From an uncultured Vicinamibacteraceae bacterium (lineage in GTDB: Bacteria > Acidobacteriota > Vicinamibacteria > Vicinamibacterales > UBA8438), in assembly GCA_964624855.1 (NCBI GenBank), contig CAZUZW010000001.1:13675-77674 (forward strand): a stretch of 64,000 bases of DNA, read 5' to 3'. This document shows positions 38,798-48,017 of this stretch, one piece after another. Each line of letters opens with the position of its first letter. The first letter of the stretch is position 1. Below the pieces are notes generated by a model. It had not been told where the DNA came from, ran no database searches, and saw only the letters and a list, made by a program, of their open reading frames with translations. The position numbers and the translations under genes were made by a program.

Positions 38798-40618
38798 ATG
38801 AATAACCCCCACCGTCGAAACGTGGCCATCATTGCCCACGTCGATCACGGCAAGACAACGCTGGTTGACGCGCTTTTTCATCAAAGTGGCGTTTTTCGGG
38901 CAAACGAACGCGTGGCGGAGCGCGCTCTCGACAACACCGATCTGGAGCGAGAGCGTGGTATCACCATCATGGCTAAGAACACCGCTGTTCGCTACAAGGA
39001 CGTAATCATCAATATTGTTGATACGCCTGGGCACGCCGATTTTGGTGGGGAAGTTGAACGAACCCTCTTGATGGTGGATGGTGTCTTGCTTCTAGTCGAT
39101 GCATCGGAAGGTCCACTGCCTCAGACGCGGTTTGTGCTTCGGAAAGCATTGGAACACGGTCTTGCACCGATCGTGGTCATAAACAAGATTGATCGTCAGG
39201 ATGCACGACCTACTGAAGTGCTCAGTGAAGTCTACGACCTATTTATCGATCTTGACGCGACCGAGGACCAAATTGAATTTCCTGTTCTCTATGCCAACGC
39301 TAAAGCTGGAACGGTCACCGTCGACGTTATGAGTCCCGGTGAGACGGCTCGCCCTCTTTTTGAAGCCATGTTGGACCGGATACCGCCACCGGACGGTGAC
39401 CCAGCTGCCGCACTCCAACTCCTCGTCGCGAATCTCGATTCAAGCGACTATCTGGGCCGGATCGCAATTGGTCGTATTTTTAACGGAACTGTCAAGATTG
39501 GTGACGATGTGGCCGTTTCGAAGCTTGATGGAGAGATGCAGCGAACGAGAGTGACCAAACTGTTTATGTTTGATGGCTTGCAGCGTGTGGAGGTCGAGGA
39601 GGCGTCTGCTGGAGATATTGTCTGTTTAGCTGGTCTCAGTGACATCACGATCGGCGAAACCATTACTGATCCAGACCAGCCGTCGCCTCTGTCAAAGATA
39701 CAGGTGGATGAACCCACTGTCTCGATGGTGTTTGGTGTCAATACGTCACCTATGGCGGGGCGTGAAGGCCAATACGTCACTTCACGTAATTTACGCGATC
39801 GGTTAGCCAGGGAATTGATTGGTAACGTATCGATTCGCGTTGAAGACACCGAGTCTGTGGACCAGGTCAAGGTCATCGGCCGTGGTGAACTTCAGTTGTC
39901 GATTCTGATTGAGATGATGCGGCGTGAAGGATATGAGCTTCAGGTGTCTCGACCTGAAATCGTGACGAGAGATGTGGACGGTCGCGTTGAGGAACCCGTC
40001 GAGGACCTAGTAGTCGACGTTGCAGAGGAATTTCAAGGAGTGGTCATTGCCGGACTTGGTACCCGCCGCGCGACGATGACGAAGATGGTGAATCATGGTA
40101 GCGGACGTATTCGATTGGAATTTCGTATCCCAACCCGTGGCTTGATTGGGTTCCGTTCACAGTTCCTCACGGACACTCGTGGGACCGGGATCATGAATCA
40201 TCTTTTCGCTGGCTGGGAACCGTGGCATGGTCCAATTGCGGGGCGTCCTACCGGTGCTCTAGTCGCGGATCGTAGTGGGCGAGCGACGCCCTATGCCATG
40301 TACAACCTTCAGGCGCGAGGCGAGCTTTTTATTGAGCCGACTACTGAGGTATACGAGGGAATGGTTATCGGCGAGAATGCGCGTTCCGAGGACATGGACG
40401 TGAACATTACGAAAGAGAAGAAACTCACTAACATGAGAGCATCGACTGCTGATGAAGCGATCCGATTAATCCCGCCACGCAAGTTTAATCTGGAGCAAGC
40501 GATTGAGTTTATTGGCGAAGACGAACTTGTTGAAGTCACACCGTTAAGTCTTCGGATTCGCAAACGTGAATTAACTGCGAATCAACGCACGAGAGACCAG
40601 CGGAGTGTTTCCTCGTGA
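38798..40618 (+). CDS. typA: Translational GTPase TypA/BipA
   Basis: [31 protein letters not shown], and the BipA-specific C-terminal domain. Confidence 0.95.
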   Translation: MNNPHRRNVAIIAHVDHGKTTLVDALFHQSGVFRANERVAERALDNTDLERERGITIMAKNTAVRYKDVIINIVDTPGHADFGGEVERTLLMVDGVLLLVDASEGPLPQTRFVLRKALEHGLAPIVVINKIDRQDARPTEVLSEVYDLFIDLDATEDQIEFPVLYANAKAGTVTVDVMSPGETARPLFEAMLDRIPPPDGDPAAALQLLVANLDSSDYLGRIAIGRIFNGTVKIGDDVAVSKLDGEMQRTRVTKLFMFDGLQRVEVEEASAGDIVCLAGLSDITIGETITDPDQPSPLSKIQVDEPTVSMVFGVNTSPMAGREGQYVTSRNLRDRLARELIGNVSIRVEDTESVDQVKVIGRGELQLSILIEMMRREGYELQVSRPEIVTRDVDGRVEEPVEDLVVDVAEEFQGVVIAGLGTRRATMTKMVNHGSGRIRLEFRIPTRGLIGFRSQFLTDTRGTGIMNHLFAGWEPWHGPIAGRPTGALVADRSGRATPYAMYNLQARGELFIEPTTEVYEGMVIGENARSEDMDVNITKEKKLTNMRASTADEAIRLIPPRKFNLEQAIEFIGEDELVEVTPLSLRIRKRELTANQRTRDQRSVSS

Positions 40619-40700
40619 ACCAAGTAAATTATTTAAGGTTGCCGACACCATCGCACACTCTTGGTGTGAATGTTTCACGCTAAGGGAATTGGAGGCTGAC

Positions 40701-41093
40701 GTGAACACAACTGTCATGAACCTATTTATTGTAGGGTCTGGCGGGTTTCTTGGCGTCGTCGCCCGCTATGGTTTGACTTTGCTGGTCCAGCGTTCAATTG
40801 GCCCCCTGACCGCGTTTCCATATGGAACCCTTGCGGTGAACCTTCTCGGATGCTTAGCTATTGGGATGTTCGCCGGCTTCGTTGAGTCTCGTCAGTTATT
40901 TGGTGCATCCTGTCGTTTGTTTGTACTTGTCGGAATACTGGGGGGTTTCACGACCTTTTCGACATTCGGTTACGAAACGCTCACACTGCTTCGGTCACAG
41001 CAGTTCATGCACGTCGTCGCGAGTGTGGGAATCCATGTCTTTGTCGGGGTTGCGTTGGTCGCGCTCGGTTTCTGGCTCACGATGCCAAGATAG
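40701..41093 (+). CDS. crcB: Fluoride ion channel CrcB/Fluc
   Basis: GGFLGVVARY...GGFTTFSTF. GTG at 40701 lies 5 nt after GGAGG (40691-40695). The track start at 40605 overlaps typA. Confidence 0.85.
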   Translation: MNTTVMNLFIVGSGGFLGVVARYGLTLLVQRSIGPLTAFPYGTLAVNLLGCLAIGMFAGFVESRQLFGASCRLFVLVGILGGFTTFSTFGYETLTLLRSQQFMHVVASVGIHVFVGVALVALGFWLTMPR

Positions 41094-41101
41094 GGTGAAT
41101 T

Positions 41102-41953
41102 ATGGGCAGTGGTGAATCGTTGACGGATGTACTAAAGGAACTTGCGGCGACACTGAAAATTGAGCGTCCTCTGGCTGTCGTGGATGTGGAGACAACCGGT
41201 ACGTGGATTAACTACGACCGAATTGTCCAGGTCGCGCTCGTGAGTATTACGCCCGACCTCGATGTGACCAGTCTAGATCAACTCATTAATCCAGAAATGC
41301 TCATTCCGGATGAAGTGATCGAAATTCATCGTATTACGAATGAAGCGGTGGCTCAGGCGCCAACATTTGGCGAGTTCGCACCTGCATTACGTGAAGCCCT
41401 GTCAGGTCATGACTTCGTTGGCTACAACTTCAGGTTTGATCGCGACATGCTTGAGGCTGAATTTACGCGTGTTCAGGTTCCGTTTTCGTTTTCAGGTTCT
41501 GCGTTGATTGATCCGCTGCATCTCTGGCAACGTGTCGAACCACGCACTTTGCAAGACGCAGCCGAACGCTTCGTCGGTGAGAAGCCCGCCGAAGCCCATC
41601 GGGCCGATGCTGACATCGAAACCACGGCGCGTGTACTACTCGGGCAATTACGAACTCATGGTGGCACAGAACAGCTTCCGAGTTCCGTCCCGGCGCTTGC
41701 GGCCTTACGGAGTGATCGGGGGGCGACGTCTCTTGACGCTGGCGGGCGGATCAAATGGCGCGATGGAGCAGCCAGACTTAACTTTGGGAAGCACAGAGGA
41801 GCCACGCTGCAAGAAATACGAGACAAGCATTCTGGTTATCTTGAGTGGATCCTAGCGAAAGACTTTCCAGACGATCTCAAAACGATTGTTCGTGAAGCGC
41901 TGAACGGCAACTATCCCGCTGATCCAAGTGCCGTGCATGATGACAAGATGTGA
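41102..41953 (+). CDS. DEDDh 3'-5' exonuclease (DnaQ/epsilon-like) with a DUF3820-like C-terminal domain
   Basis: ExoI VVDVETTG, ExoII GYNFRFD, ExoIII HRADADIETT. The C-terminal FGKHRGATLQEI...YLEWIL motif is present. Confidence 0.8.
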   Translation: MGSGESLTDVLKELAATLKIERPLAVVDVETTGTWINYDRIVQVALVSITPDLDVTSLDQLINPEMLIPDEVIEIHRITNEAVAQAPTFGEFAPALREALSGHDFVGYNFRFDRDMLEAEFTRVQVPFSFSGSALIDPLHLWQRVEPRTLQDAAERFVGEKPAEAHRADADIETTARVLLGQLRTHGGTEQLPSSVPALAALRSDRGATSLDAGGRIKWRDGAARLNFGKHRGATLQEIRDKHSGYLEWILAKDFPDDLKTIVREALNGNYPADPSAVHDDKM

Positions 41954-41954
41954 C

Positions 41955-41975
41955 AATCTCGAAGACGGCGAGATT
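41955..41975. terminator. Hairpin between convergent exonuclease and methyltransferase genes
   Basis: AATCTCG-aagacgg-CGAGATT is a perfect 7-bp stem. There is no U tract on either side. Confidence 0.3.
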
Positions 41976-41977
41976 CC

Positions 41978-43219
41978 TTATGCAGGCTGTTTCTTTTGGA
42001 AGACGACAATACGATTAGTATTTGTTCCGTCCGTTTGATTGTCGATGCCCCATGTGTTGGCCGTCTTGGTAAATTCCTGCACGTTGATCAACACGATTAC
42101 AGGTATGAGTCCCGCCTCAACACCGGCAGGAAGAACCAATTCTTCCAATAGGAGGGTTCCGTTTCTAATTTCTCCCACCTCAAACGCGACATAACCGCCT
42201 GGCCGGAGGACCCGATGCAGATCTTTCAGTACGTTGGTCACCATCAACTGCCAGTCTTCGACACGTTTCAGTTGTGCGATGTTGATGGTGGAAGAATCAA
42301 TGTCTAGAAACCAGCATCGCATCCAGTTGTCGGCTTGATAGTCAACCACGTCAAGAAAGGGAGGAGAGGTCACGACGAGTTGAGTTACGCCAGACGGGAT
42401 TCCTGTTGCGGCATAGGCTTCTTCCGTAGTTAATGTAGCGTTGAGGTCGAGGCAATGATCATTTCCAGCCGACGCCGTCCAATCCTTTAGTAGCGATTTC
42501 GATCGGCGAAGTATCCGAGGAACGATGTCCTTGGGTTCTGGTGTTTGCTGGCGGGTCTTATTGATTTTTGCTTGGGCTTCGATGGACACGGCCTGATTAG
42601 GAGGTAGCGAATAGACGGAAAAGAAGCCAGGCGAGTGCCCAGTGAGTCGGTTGATTGCGACCATACGAATCCATCGGTCGACTTGGTCGAGGGCACCTGT
42701 CTGCTCTCTTTTTAGCAAGTACTCCTTTAGTGCGATGATCTGTCGGAGTGTCGTCGAATGAAAGAATACTTCCAGCGCCGGGAAACTCTCTTTAGCCTTT
42801 GTAAGATCGATCGAATCGAGTCGTTCAGCAATGTTGTCGAGCGTTGGTGGGGTGAGCCGAGGTTCCAAGAGTGCTCGACTTAGCGGGTTAATGTCGTTGC
42901 CAAGTGGTCGACAGCCACGGAGAAAAGCCTCCAACGGGGTGGTTCCACGTCCCATGAACGGGTCGTAAACTGCATCGCCTGGGCTGGCCAGTCGTGAGAT
43001 GAAGAAACCTGGTAATTGGGGTTTAAAACAAGCTCGGTAGGAAATTTCATGAAGACTGTGTCCTTGACGCTGAGCGCTTGTCCAGTACTCGTTGAACGCT
43101 TTCAAGATGCGACCTGAGCGACTCCCAGTCGCCCACTTAAATTCTTCAAATCGAGTCTTCGTGCCGAATCCGTCGAAGGACTCGATAGAACTAATGAATT
43201 CGTTTTTGGTTAGTACCAC
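41978..43219 (-). CDS. Site-specific DNA methyltransferase (N4-C/N6-A amino-MTase), orphan
   Basis: SAM-binding motif I DPFMGRGTT (nt 42944-42964, residues 86-92), preceded by the FKPQLP block. Catalytic motif IV TSPPF (nt 42356-42367, residues 285-288), followed by VLRPGG. Confidence 0.8.
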   Translation of the reverse strand: MVLTKNEFISSIESFDGFGTKTRFEEFKWATGSRSGRILKAFNEYWTSAQRQGHSLHEISYRACFKPQLPGFFISRLASPGDAVYDPFMGRGTTPLEAFLRGCRPLGNDINPLSRALLEPRLTPPTLDNIAERLDSIDLTKAKESFPALEVFFHSTTLRQIIALKEYLLKREQTGALDQVDRWIRMVAINRLTGHSPGFFSVYSLPPNQAVSIEAQAKINKTRQQTPEPKDIVPRILRRSKSLLKDWTASAGNDHCLDLNATLTTEEAYAATGIPSGVTQLVVTSPPFLDVVDYQADNWMRCWFLDIDSSTINIAQLKRVEDWQLMVTNVLKDLHRVLRPGGYVAFEVGEIRNGTLLLEELVLPAGVEAGLIPVIVLINVQEFTKTANTWGIDNQTDGTNTNRIVVFQKKQPA

Positions 43220-43308
43220 GCTATTTCAATCCGCCTAAACGTATAGTTTACTAGCTGCATGTTTGAAGATTGGTTTTCTGAAACTAACAACCGGGCGAAG
43301 AGAAACTC

Positions 43309-45012
43309 ATGATGAATCTCATAGGGGTAGTCCTTGTTGCAGTTGGATTGGTGTTTTTCGGCGGATGTAGTCCATCGCCAAATGGACTCTGGGCAGACAC
43401 TGTGTATCACAACGGCGTGGTTGTCACGATGAACGGCGACCAAGTGGTGCAGGCGGTAGCAGTTCGCGGTGATGAAATCATTGCGGTGGGGTCCGATCAG
43501 GAAGTCCAGGAACTGGTTGGTGCGTCTACAGAGGTCATCGATCTTGATGGTAAGACCATGCTGCCAGGTTTTTATGCGCCACACGATCACTTTCCTGGGT
43601 CTGGTCGTGTAGCCGTTTCCTCGGTCGATTTGAATAGTCCTCCGATCGGCGACGTGGCGACGATGGCTGAGTTGGTCGCCGCACTGAGCGCGCGCGCGGC
43701 TGAGACTCCGGCTGGGCAATGGGTCCAGGGTCGTGGTTACGACGATACCCTGTTGGCAGAACAACGGCATCCCACTCGGGAAGACCTCGATGCTGTGTCG
43801 ACCGAACACCCCATCTATATCAGTCACACGTCTGGTCATCTTGGTGTTGCAAATAGTGTTGCGCTTGAGCTTGCTGGGGTCACTCGTGCTACACCGGACC
43901 CTCCCGGCGGTGTCATCCAAAAGGATCCGGATACTGGCGAACCGAACGGTGTGTTTGAGGAGAGTGGTGGCATGGTAAGTCGACTCATTCCACCCCCCAC
44001 CAGGGACCAACAGTTAGAGGCGTTTCGGTGGTCGGTTCAGGACTATGTCGAAGATGGTGTCACGACCGCTGTGATCGCTGGTGGTAGTCGCACCAGTCTC
44101 ATCAACTTGCGCCAGGCACGCGCCGAAGGACTTCTGTCATTGAGAATTATCACGATGATGTCACGAGGAAACTTGGAGCAACCGAGTGCCGCTGAAGCCG
44201 GGGGATTAGGGTCTCACTTTGGCGATACCCGCCTGAAAGTGGGGGCCATCAAGATTGTCCAGGATGGTTCAAATCAAGGATATACAGGATATTTCACCGA
44301 ACCGTACCATACTCCTTTTAAAGGCGACGCTGACTATCGGGGGTATCCACGACGGAGTCGTGAGGATTTGACGACGATGGTTAAGGAATTACATCGTGAG
44401 GGGTACCAAATCGCCATTCACGCTAACGGTGACGCGGCGATCGATGATGTCATTCATGCCTTCCGTGAAGCCCAGCAGGAATATCCGCGTTCTGACGCAA
44501 GACATCGGATTGAACACTGTCAGATGGTTCGGACGGATCAGCTGGACTCTATCGCTGAGTTAGGGTTATCGCCGTCGTTTTTTGTCGGCCATGTGTTTTA
44601 CTGGGGCGACCGACACCGAGATATCTTCATGGGTCCAGACCGAGCTGCAGGAATTAGTGCCTTACGTTCAGCTACGGATCGTGGGATTCGCTTTACGGTT
44701 CACGACGACACGCCGGTGACGCCAGTAAACCCTTTGCAATTGGTCTGGGTATCGGTCAACCGGTTGACGAAAACTGGTCAGGTTCTTGGGCCGGAGGAGC
44801 GTGTAACGCCGTTACAGGCCTTGCGGGCGGTCACAATTGACGCTGCGTGGCAGAACTTCGAGGAAGATATCAAGGGGTCGATTGAACCCGGTAAGCTCGC
44901 TGATTTAGTGATTGTGACCGATAACCCTTTGACTATTGATCCTGAAGCGATCGTGGAAATCGAAGTGCTGCAGACTATTGTCGGTGGAATTAGTGTCTAC
45001 GTTCGACCATAG
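43309..45012 (+). CDS. Amidohydrolase-3 (YtcJ-like) metal-dependent hydrolase, probable lipoprotein
   Basis: Lipobox-like VFFGGC at the N-terminus. Metal-ligand blocks: PHDHF, KIVQDGS, IHANGDAAID, RIEHCQM and VHDDTPV. Confidence 0.8.
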   Translation: MMNLIGVVLVAVGLVFFGGCSPSPNGLWADTVYHNGVVVTMNGDQVVQAVAVRGDEIIAVGSDQEVQELVGASTEVIDLDGKTMLPGFYAPHDHFPGSGRVAVSSVDLNSPPIGDVATMAELVAALSARAAETPAGQWVQGRGYDDTLLAEQRHPTREDLDAVSTEHPIYISHTSGHLGVANSVALELAGVTRATPDPPGGVIQKDPDTGEPNGVFEESGGMVSRLIPPPTRDQQLEAFRWSVQDYVEDGVTTAVIAGGSRTSLINLRQARAEGLLSLRIITMMSRGNLEQPSAAEAGGLGSHFGDTRLKVGAIKIVQDGSNQGYTGYFTEPYHTPFKGDADYRGYPRRSREDLTTMVKELHREGYQIAIHANGDAAIDDVIHAFREAQQEYPRSDARHRIEHCQMVRTDQLDSIAELGLSPSFFVGHVFYWGDRHRDIFMGPDRAAGISALRSATDRGIRFTVHDDTPVTPVNPLQLVWVSVNRLTKTGQVLGPEERVTPLQALRAVTIDAAWQNFEEDIKGSIEPGKLADLVIVTDNPLTIDPEAIVEIEVLQTIVGGISVYVRP

Positions 45013-45031
45013 GTGAATATAGGGGAGCGCG

Positions 45032-46384
45032 TTAGCCCAGTACGTCTCGAATCGATTCTGTGAGAATCTGCACAGCTTGGTCCATTTGCGTAGTCGTGAT
45101 CACAATTGCTGGAGCAAGCAGGTAATTGTCGCCCTTTATTCGACTAAATAGACCTCGCGTTATAGCTGCTTGGTTAACTCGGAGACCAATTTGATCGCTT
45201 GATTTGAACGGCTGTTTGGTCGATTTGTCTTTAACGAGTTCCACCGCGCACATCAACCCTTTTCCTCGGATATCGCCGACATGCGGATGGTCGGCTAACG
45301 CGGCGGTAACTGCTCGTAAGAGGTAGTCTCCCTTGTTTGCTGCTTGTTCAGGGAACCCTTCTTCTTTGATGATTCGGAGCGTGCGTAGTGCAACGGCACA
45401 GCCGACCGGATGGGCACTATAGGTATACGCATGCATCCAGGTATCTTCAGCGGCGCGTAGTGTCTCCGCGATCATGTCACTGATTCCGATGCCTCCAAAC
45501 GGGAAGTAACCCGAGGTGATCGCTTTAGCGAACTGCACAATATCGGGTTCGATCTCCCAATGGTCCAAGGCGAACAGTCTCCCGGTTCGACCGAACCCGG
45601 TAATGACTTCGTCGGCTACGAGCAACACATCGTACTCAGTGCAGATGTCTCGAATTCTCGAGAAGTAATCATCTTGCGGCACAATGACGCCCCCGGCGCC
45701 CTGAACGGGTTCTGCTATGAACATCGCTACTGTTTCTGGTCCCTCTCGCAAAATCGCTTGTTCAAGTTCATTTGCTGCGGCTATTCCTTGACTCGTTCCG
45801 GCGGGATTCTCGTAGCGATACGGGTAGGGTGAAGGAATATGCACAAATCCAGGCACGCGTGGTTCGAATAGCGGCCAGTAGATACTGAGTCCGGTGGCAC
45901 TCATGGCGGCCATAGTGACGCCGTGGTAGCCGTCGATCCGCGATATGACCTTTGTCTTCAAGGGGTGACCCTTGAGTTTCCAGTAGGCCCGCGACATCTT
46001 GATGCTGCTTTCGGTGGCTTCGGCGCCGCCACTGGTGAAGAAGAAATGATTAATAGAGGGGTAACAAAGAGTGGCAAGCTGTTCTGCCAGTTCGATCGCG
46101 GGTTGATTCGAACTGCCACTATAGCCCGATGCATAGGCGAGTGTTGATGCCTGCCCGTGCATCGCGTCAGCCAGTTCCGTGCGTCCGTGCCCGGCAGTGA
46201 CATTCCAGAGACCGGCCAACCCATCGATGAATTCGCGTCCATCGGCATTGGTCAATATGGCGCCGTTACCTCGGACCCAGACATGCGCATTTTCATGAAC
46301 CGCGCGGTTATGTAGGGGATGAATGAAATGGGCGAGGTCGCGGTCTCGTAAATTAGCGTTACTTTTTCGAGGAGAGGTGGACAT
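45032..46384 (-). CDS. Class III (omega) aminotransferase, taurine/beta-alanine:pyruvate-type candidate
   Basis: GLWNVTAGHGR, the LVADEVITGFGRTGRLFA block, and an AKAITSGYFP region with the PLP Lys. Confidence 0.85.
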   Translation of the reverse strand: MSTSPRKSNANLRDRDLAHFIHPLHNRAVHENAHVWVRGNGAILTNADGREFIDGLAGLWNVTAGHGRTELADAMHGQASTLAYASGYSGSSNQPAIELAEQLATLCYPSINHFFFTSGGAEATESSIKMSRAYWKLKGHPLKTKVISRIDGYHGVTMAAMSATGLSIYWPLFEPRVPGFVHIPSPYPYRYENPAGTSQGIAAANELEQAILREGPETVAMFIAEPVQGAGGVIVPQDDYFSRIRDICTEYDVLLVADEVITGFGRTGRLFALDHWEIEPDIVQFAKAITSGYFPFGGIGISDMIAETLRAAEDTWMHAYTYSAHPVGCAVALRTLRIIKEEGFPEQAANKGDYLLRAVTAALADHPHVGDIRGKGLMCAVELVKDKSTKQPFKSSDQIGLRVNQAAITRGLFSRIKGDNYLLAPAIVITTTQMDQAVQILTESIRDVLG

Positions 46385-46461
46385 GGTTCACGACCTTTCG
46401 GCGGGCAGCATAGCACGCGCTAATTGATTACTGACGCGACCGTGCAATCAGCAGAGTAGTC

Positions 46462-47892
46462 TTATGCAGACTTCCGAGATCGGACTTGGCCGAGGATCAG
46501 TCGGTCTAACGTATCTCCAGGAATTGAGGAATATGTGTGTGCCCGCATCAGCCAGAACATGAGGCCAAGCGTACACCAGACACTCAATGCGGCCCATGAT
46601 GGTGGAGCCATGAACGCTGGCATACCAGGGACGGACAACAGAACTACGAACCCTACGGAAAGGCCTGCCCCGCCTATCGCCATGATTCTGTCCCTCGTGG
46701 TGGTCCGATTGACGCCTGTGCGGGCGACAGCGTAGGCCGCGACACAGGTGTAGGCAAAACCGACTGCGGTGCCTACAGCTGACATGTCGACAATCCAGGA
46801 GATTACCTGCCGGCCGAACCATGGTGCCAGCAGTGACACTAACGCCGTGAAGAGAATGGCGTTTGTTGGGGTGCCGTGGGTGGGATGAATTCTGGCGAAC
46901 CACGCTGGAAGGAGTTGTGCCCGGCCCATGCTGAACAGCAGGCGACTCGTTGCCATGTAGAAGCCGTTAACGCCGGTGGCAACAGCGGTTACTACGGCAA
47001 CTGCCAGTAGTGTTAGTCCAGTCGGTCCCAGACTGGCTCGTACCGTCGTACCGGTCGCCCAGATCGGATGACCGGCTACCAATTGTTCCCAGGGCATCAC
47101 CGAGGCGGTGGCAAGAATGACGGCAACGTACATGATTCCGCCCGTCAGAATGGACCACACCATTAGTTGGCGACCACGGCGAGGTGGAAAATCAAATTCT
47201 TCTGCGGCCTGCGGCAAAGTATCGAAGCCGACATAGAGCCATGGAGAAATCGCTACGATGGCCAGTACTGCTGCGAGTGGTGATTTATCCGATGCGAATA
47301 GAGGTTGCCAATTGTCTGTCGAGGCCACCGTCGTCAGCGGCGTACCGATGGCTATGGCCATCACACCGCTGACGAGCAACACGGTTAGGAGTAGTTGCAG
47401 ACCACCAACTTGGCGCACCCCACGATATTGGAAGATACCAATGCCGACAATTGCCGCGGCTGCCAGTCCGACTTCACCCGCAAACACGTCAAATCCCGCT
47501 ACCGTGTAGAGATAACCACGGGCAAAGAGGTCAGGCGCCAGAAATTTTGCTAACACCCCTAAGGCTGTGGCGTTGAGGGGCACAATGCTGAGGTAACCCA
47601 ATGTCAGTAACCAGCCGCAAACATATGCATGGTACCGACCGGCCAGAGAATAGGCGTAGGCGAACTCGGCCCCAGCAACGGGAAAAACTTGGACCATGAG
47701 ACCGTAACTCCGGGCAATTACCAGCATCGCGAGGCCGCCGATAATCACCCCAAGACTGGCTCCGGCAGGACCAGCCGTCGCTAGAAAGTCTCCTGGAAGC
47801 ACGAAGCATCCGAAACCAATGATGCAGCCAAGTGCTAACGCTCCGACGTGAACGGGTTTGAGAATGGTTCTTAGTTGTGGCCGGTCGGTCAT
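46462..47892 (-). CDS. APC superfamily amino acid/amine permease
   Basis: About 12 TM segments with an APC-type pattern. SD GGAG lies 5 nt upstream of the ATG. Confidence 0.8.
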   Translation of the reverse strand: MTDRPQLRTILKPVHVGALALGCIIGFGCFVLPGDFLATAGPAGASLGVIIGGLAMLVIARSYGLMVQVFPVAGAEFAYAYSLAGRYHAYVCGWLLTLGYLSIVPLNATALGVLAKFLAPDLFARGYLYTVAGFDVFAGEVGLAAAAIVGIGIFQYRGVRQVGGLQLLLTVLLVSGVMAIAIGTPLTTVASTDNWQPLFASDKSPLAAVLAIVAISPWLYVGFDTLPQAAEEFDFPPRRGRQLMVWSILTGGIMYVAVILATASVMPWEQLVAGHPIWATGTTVRASLGPTGLTLLAVAVVTAVATGVNGFYMATSRLLFSMGRAQLLPAWFARIHPTHGTPTNAILFTALVSLLAPWFGRQVISWIVDMSAVGTAVGFAYTCVAAYAVARTGVNRTTTRDRIMAIGGAGLSVGFVVLLSVPGMPAFMAPPSWAALSVWCTLGLMFWLMRAHTYSSIPGDTLDRLILGQVRSRKSA

Positions 47893-47913
47893 AGTTCTCC
47901 GGATAATTCAACG

Positions 47914-47938
47914 ACGGTGGTGCGTTGCGCACCACCGT
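47914..47938 (-). promoter_or_regulatory. Perfect 11-bp inverted repeat (hairpin or operator) between xsc and the permease
   Basis: ACGGTGGTGCG-TTG-CGCACCACCGT lies 22 nt upstream of the permease ATG. No U tract follows on the transcribed strand. Confidence 0.5.
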
Positions 47939-48017
47939 GAAAGAACAGAATGATTTTTTCTCGCCATTCTTGTGATCGTGTGGGGTGGGCAACGGATGTG
48001 TCTAAATCATCAGGCGT

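Noticed and set aside
40619-40700. Fluoride (crcB-motif) riboswitch expected upstream of crcB.
   Set aside because: The plus strand lacks the conserved GGCGAUG...CUGAUGxxCCUAC elements. The only GCGATGGTG-like string is on the wrong (minus) strand. What remains is a weak ACACCA/TGGTGT hairpin. crcB appears to be driven from typA read-through and its own strong SD.
43210-44010. 266-aa minus-strand ORF, plus other long antisense ORFs: 28921-29460, 35604-36194, 36235-36789, 37042-37632, 50263-50761, 52993-53543 and 62523-63005.
   Set aside because: Each lies fully opposite a CDS with clear family motifs (amidohydrolase, GH99-like, LLM oxidoreductase, TBDR, DUF5916, tannase). Each has a low-complexity Arg/Ser/Pro-rich composition and no SD. 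These are typical shadow frames in moderately GC-rich coding DNA.
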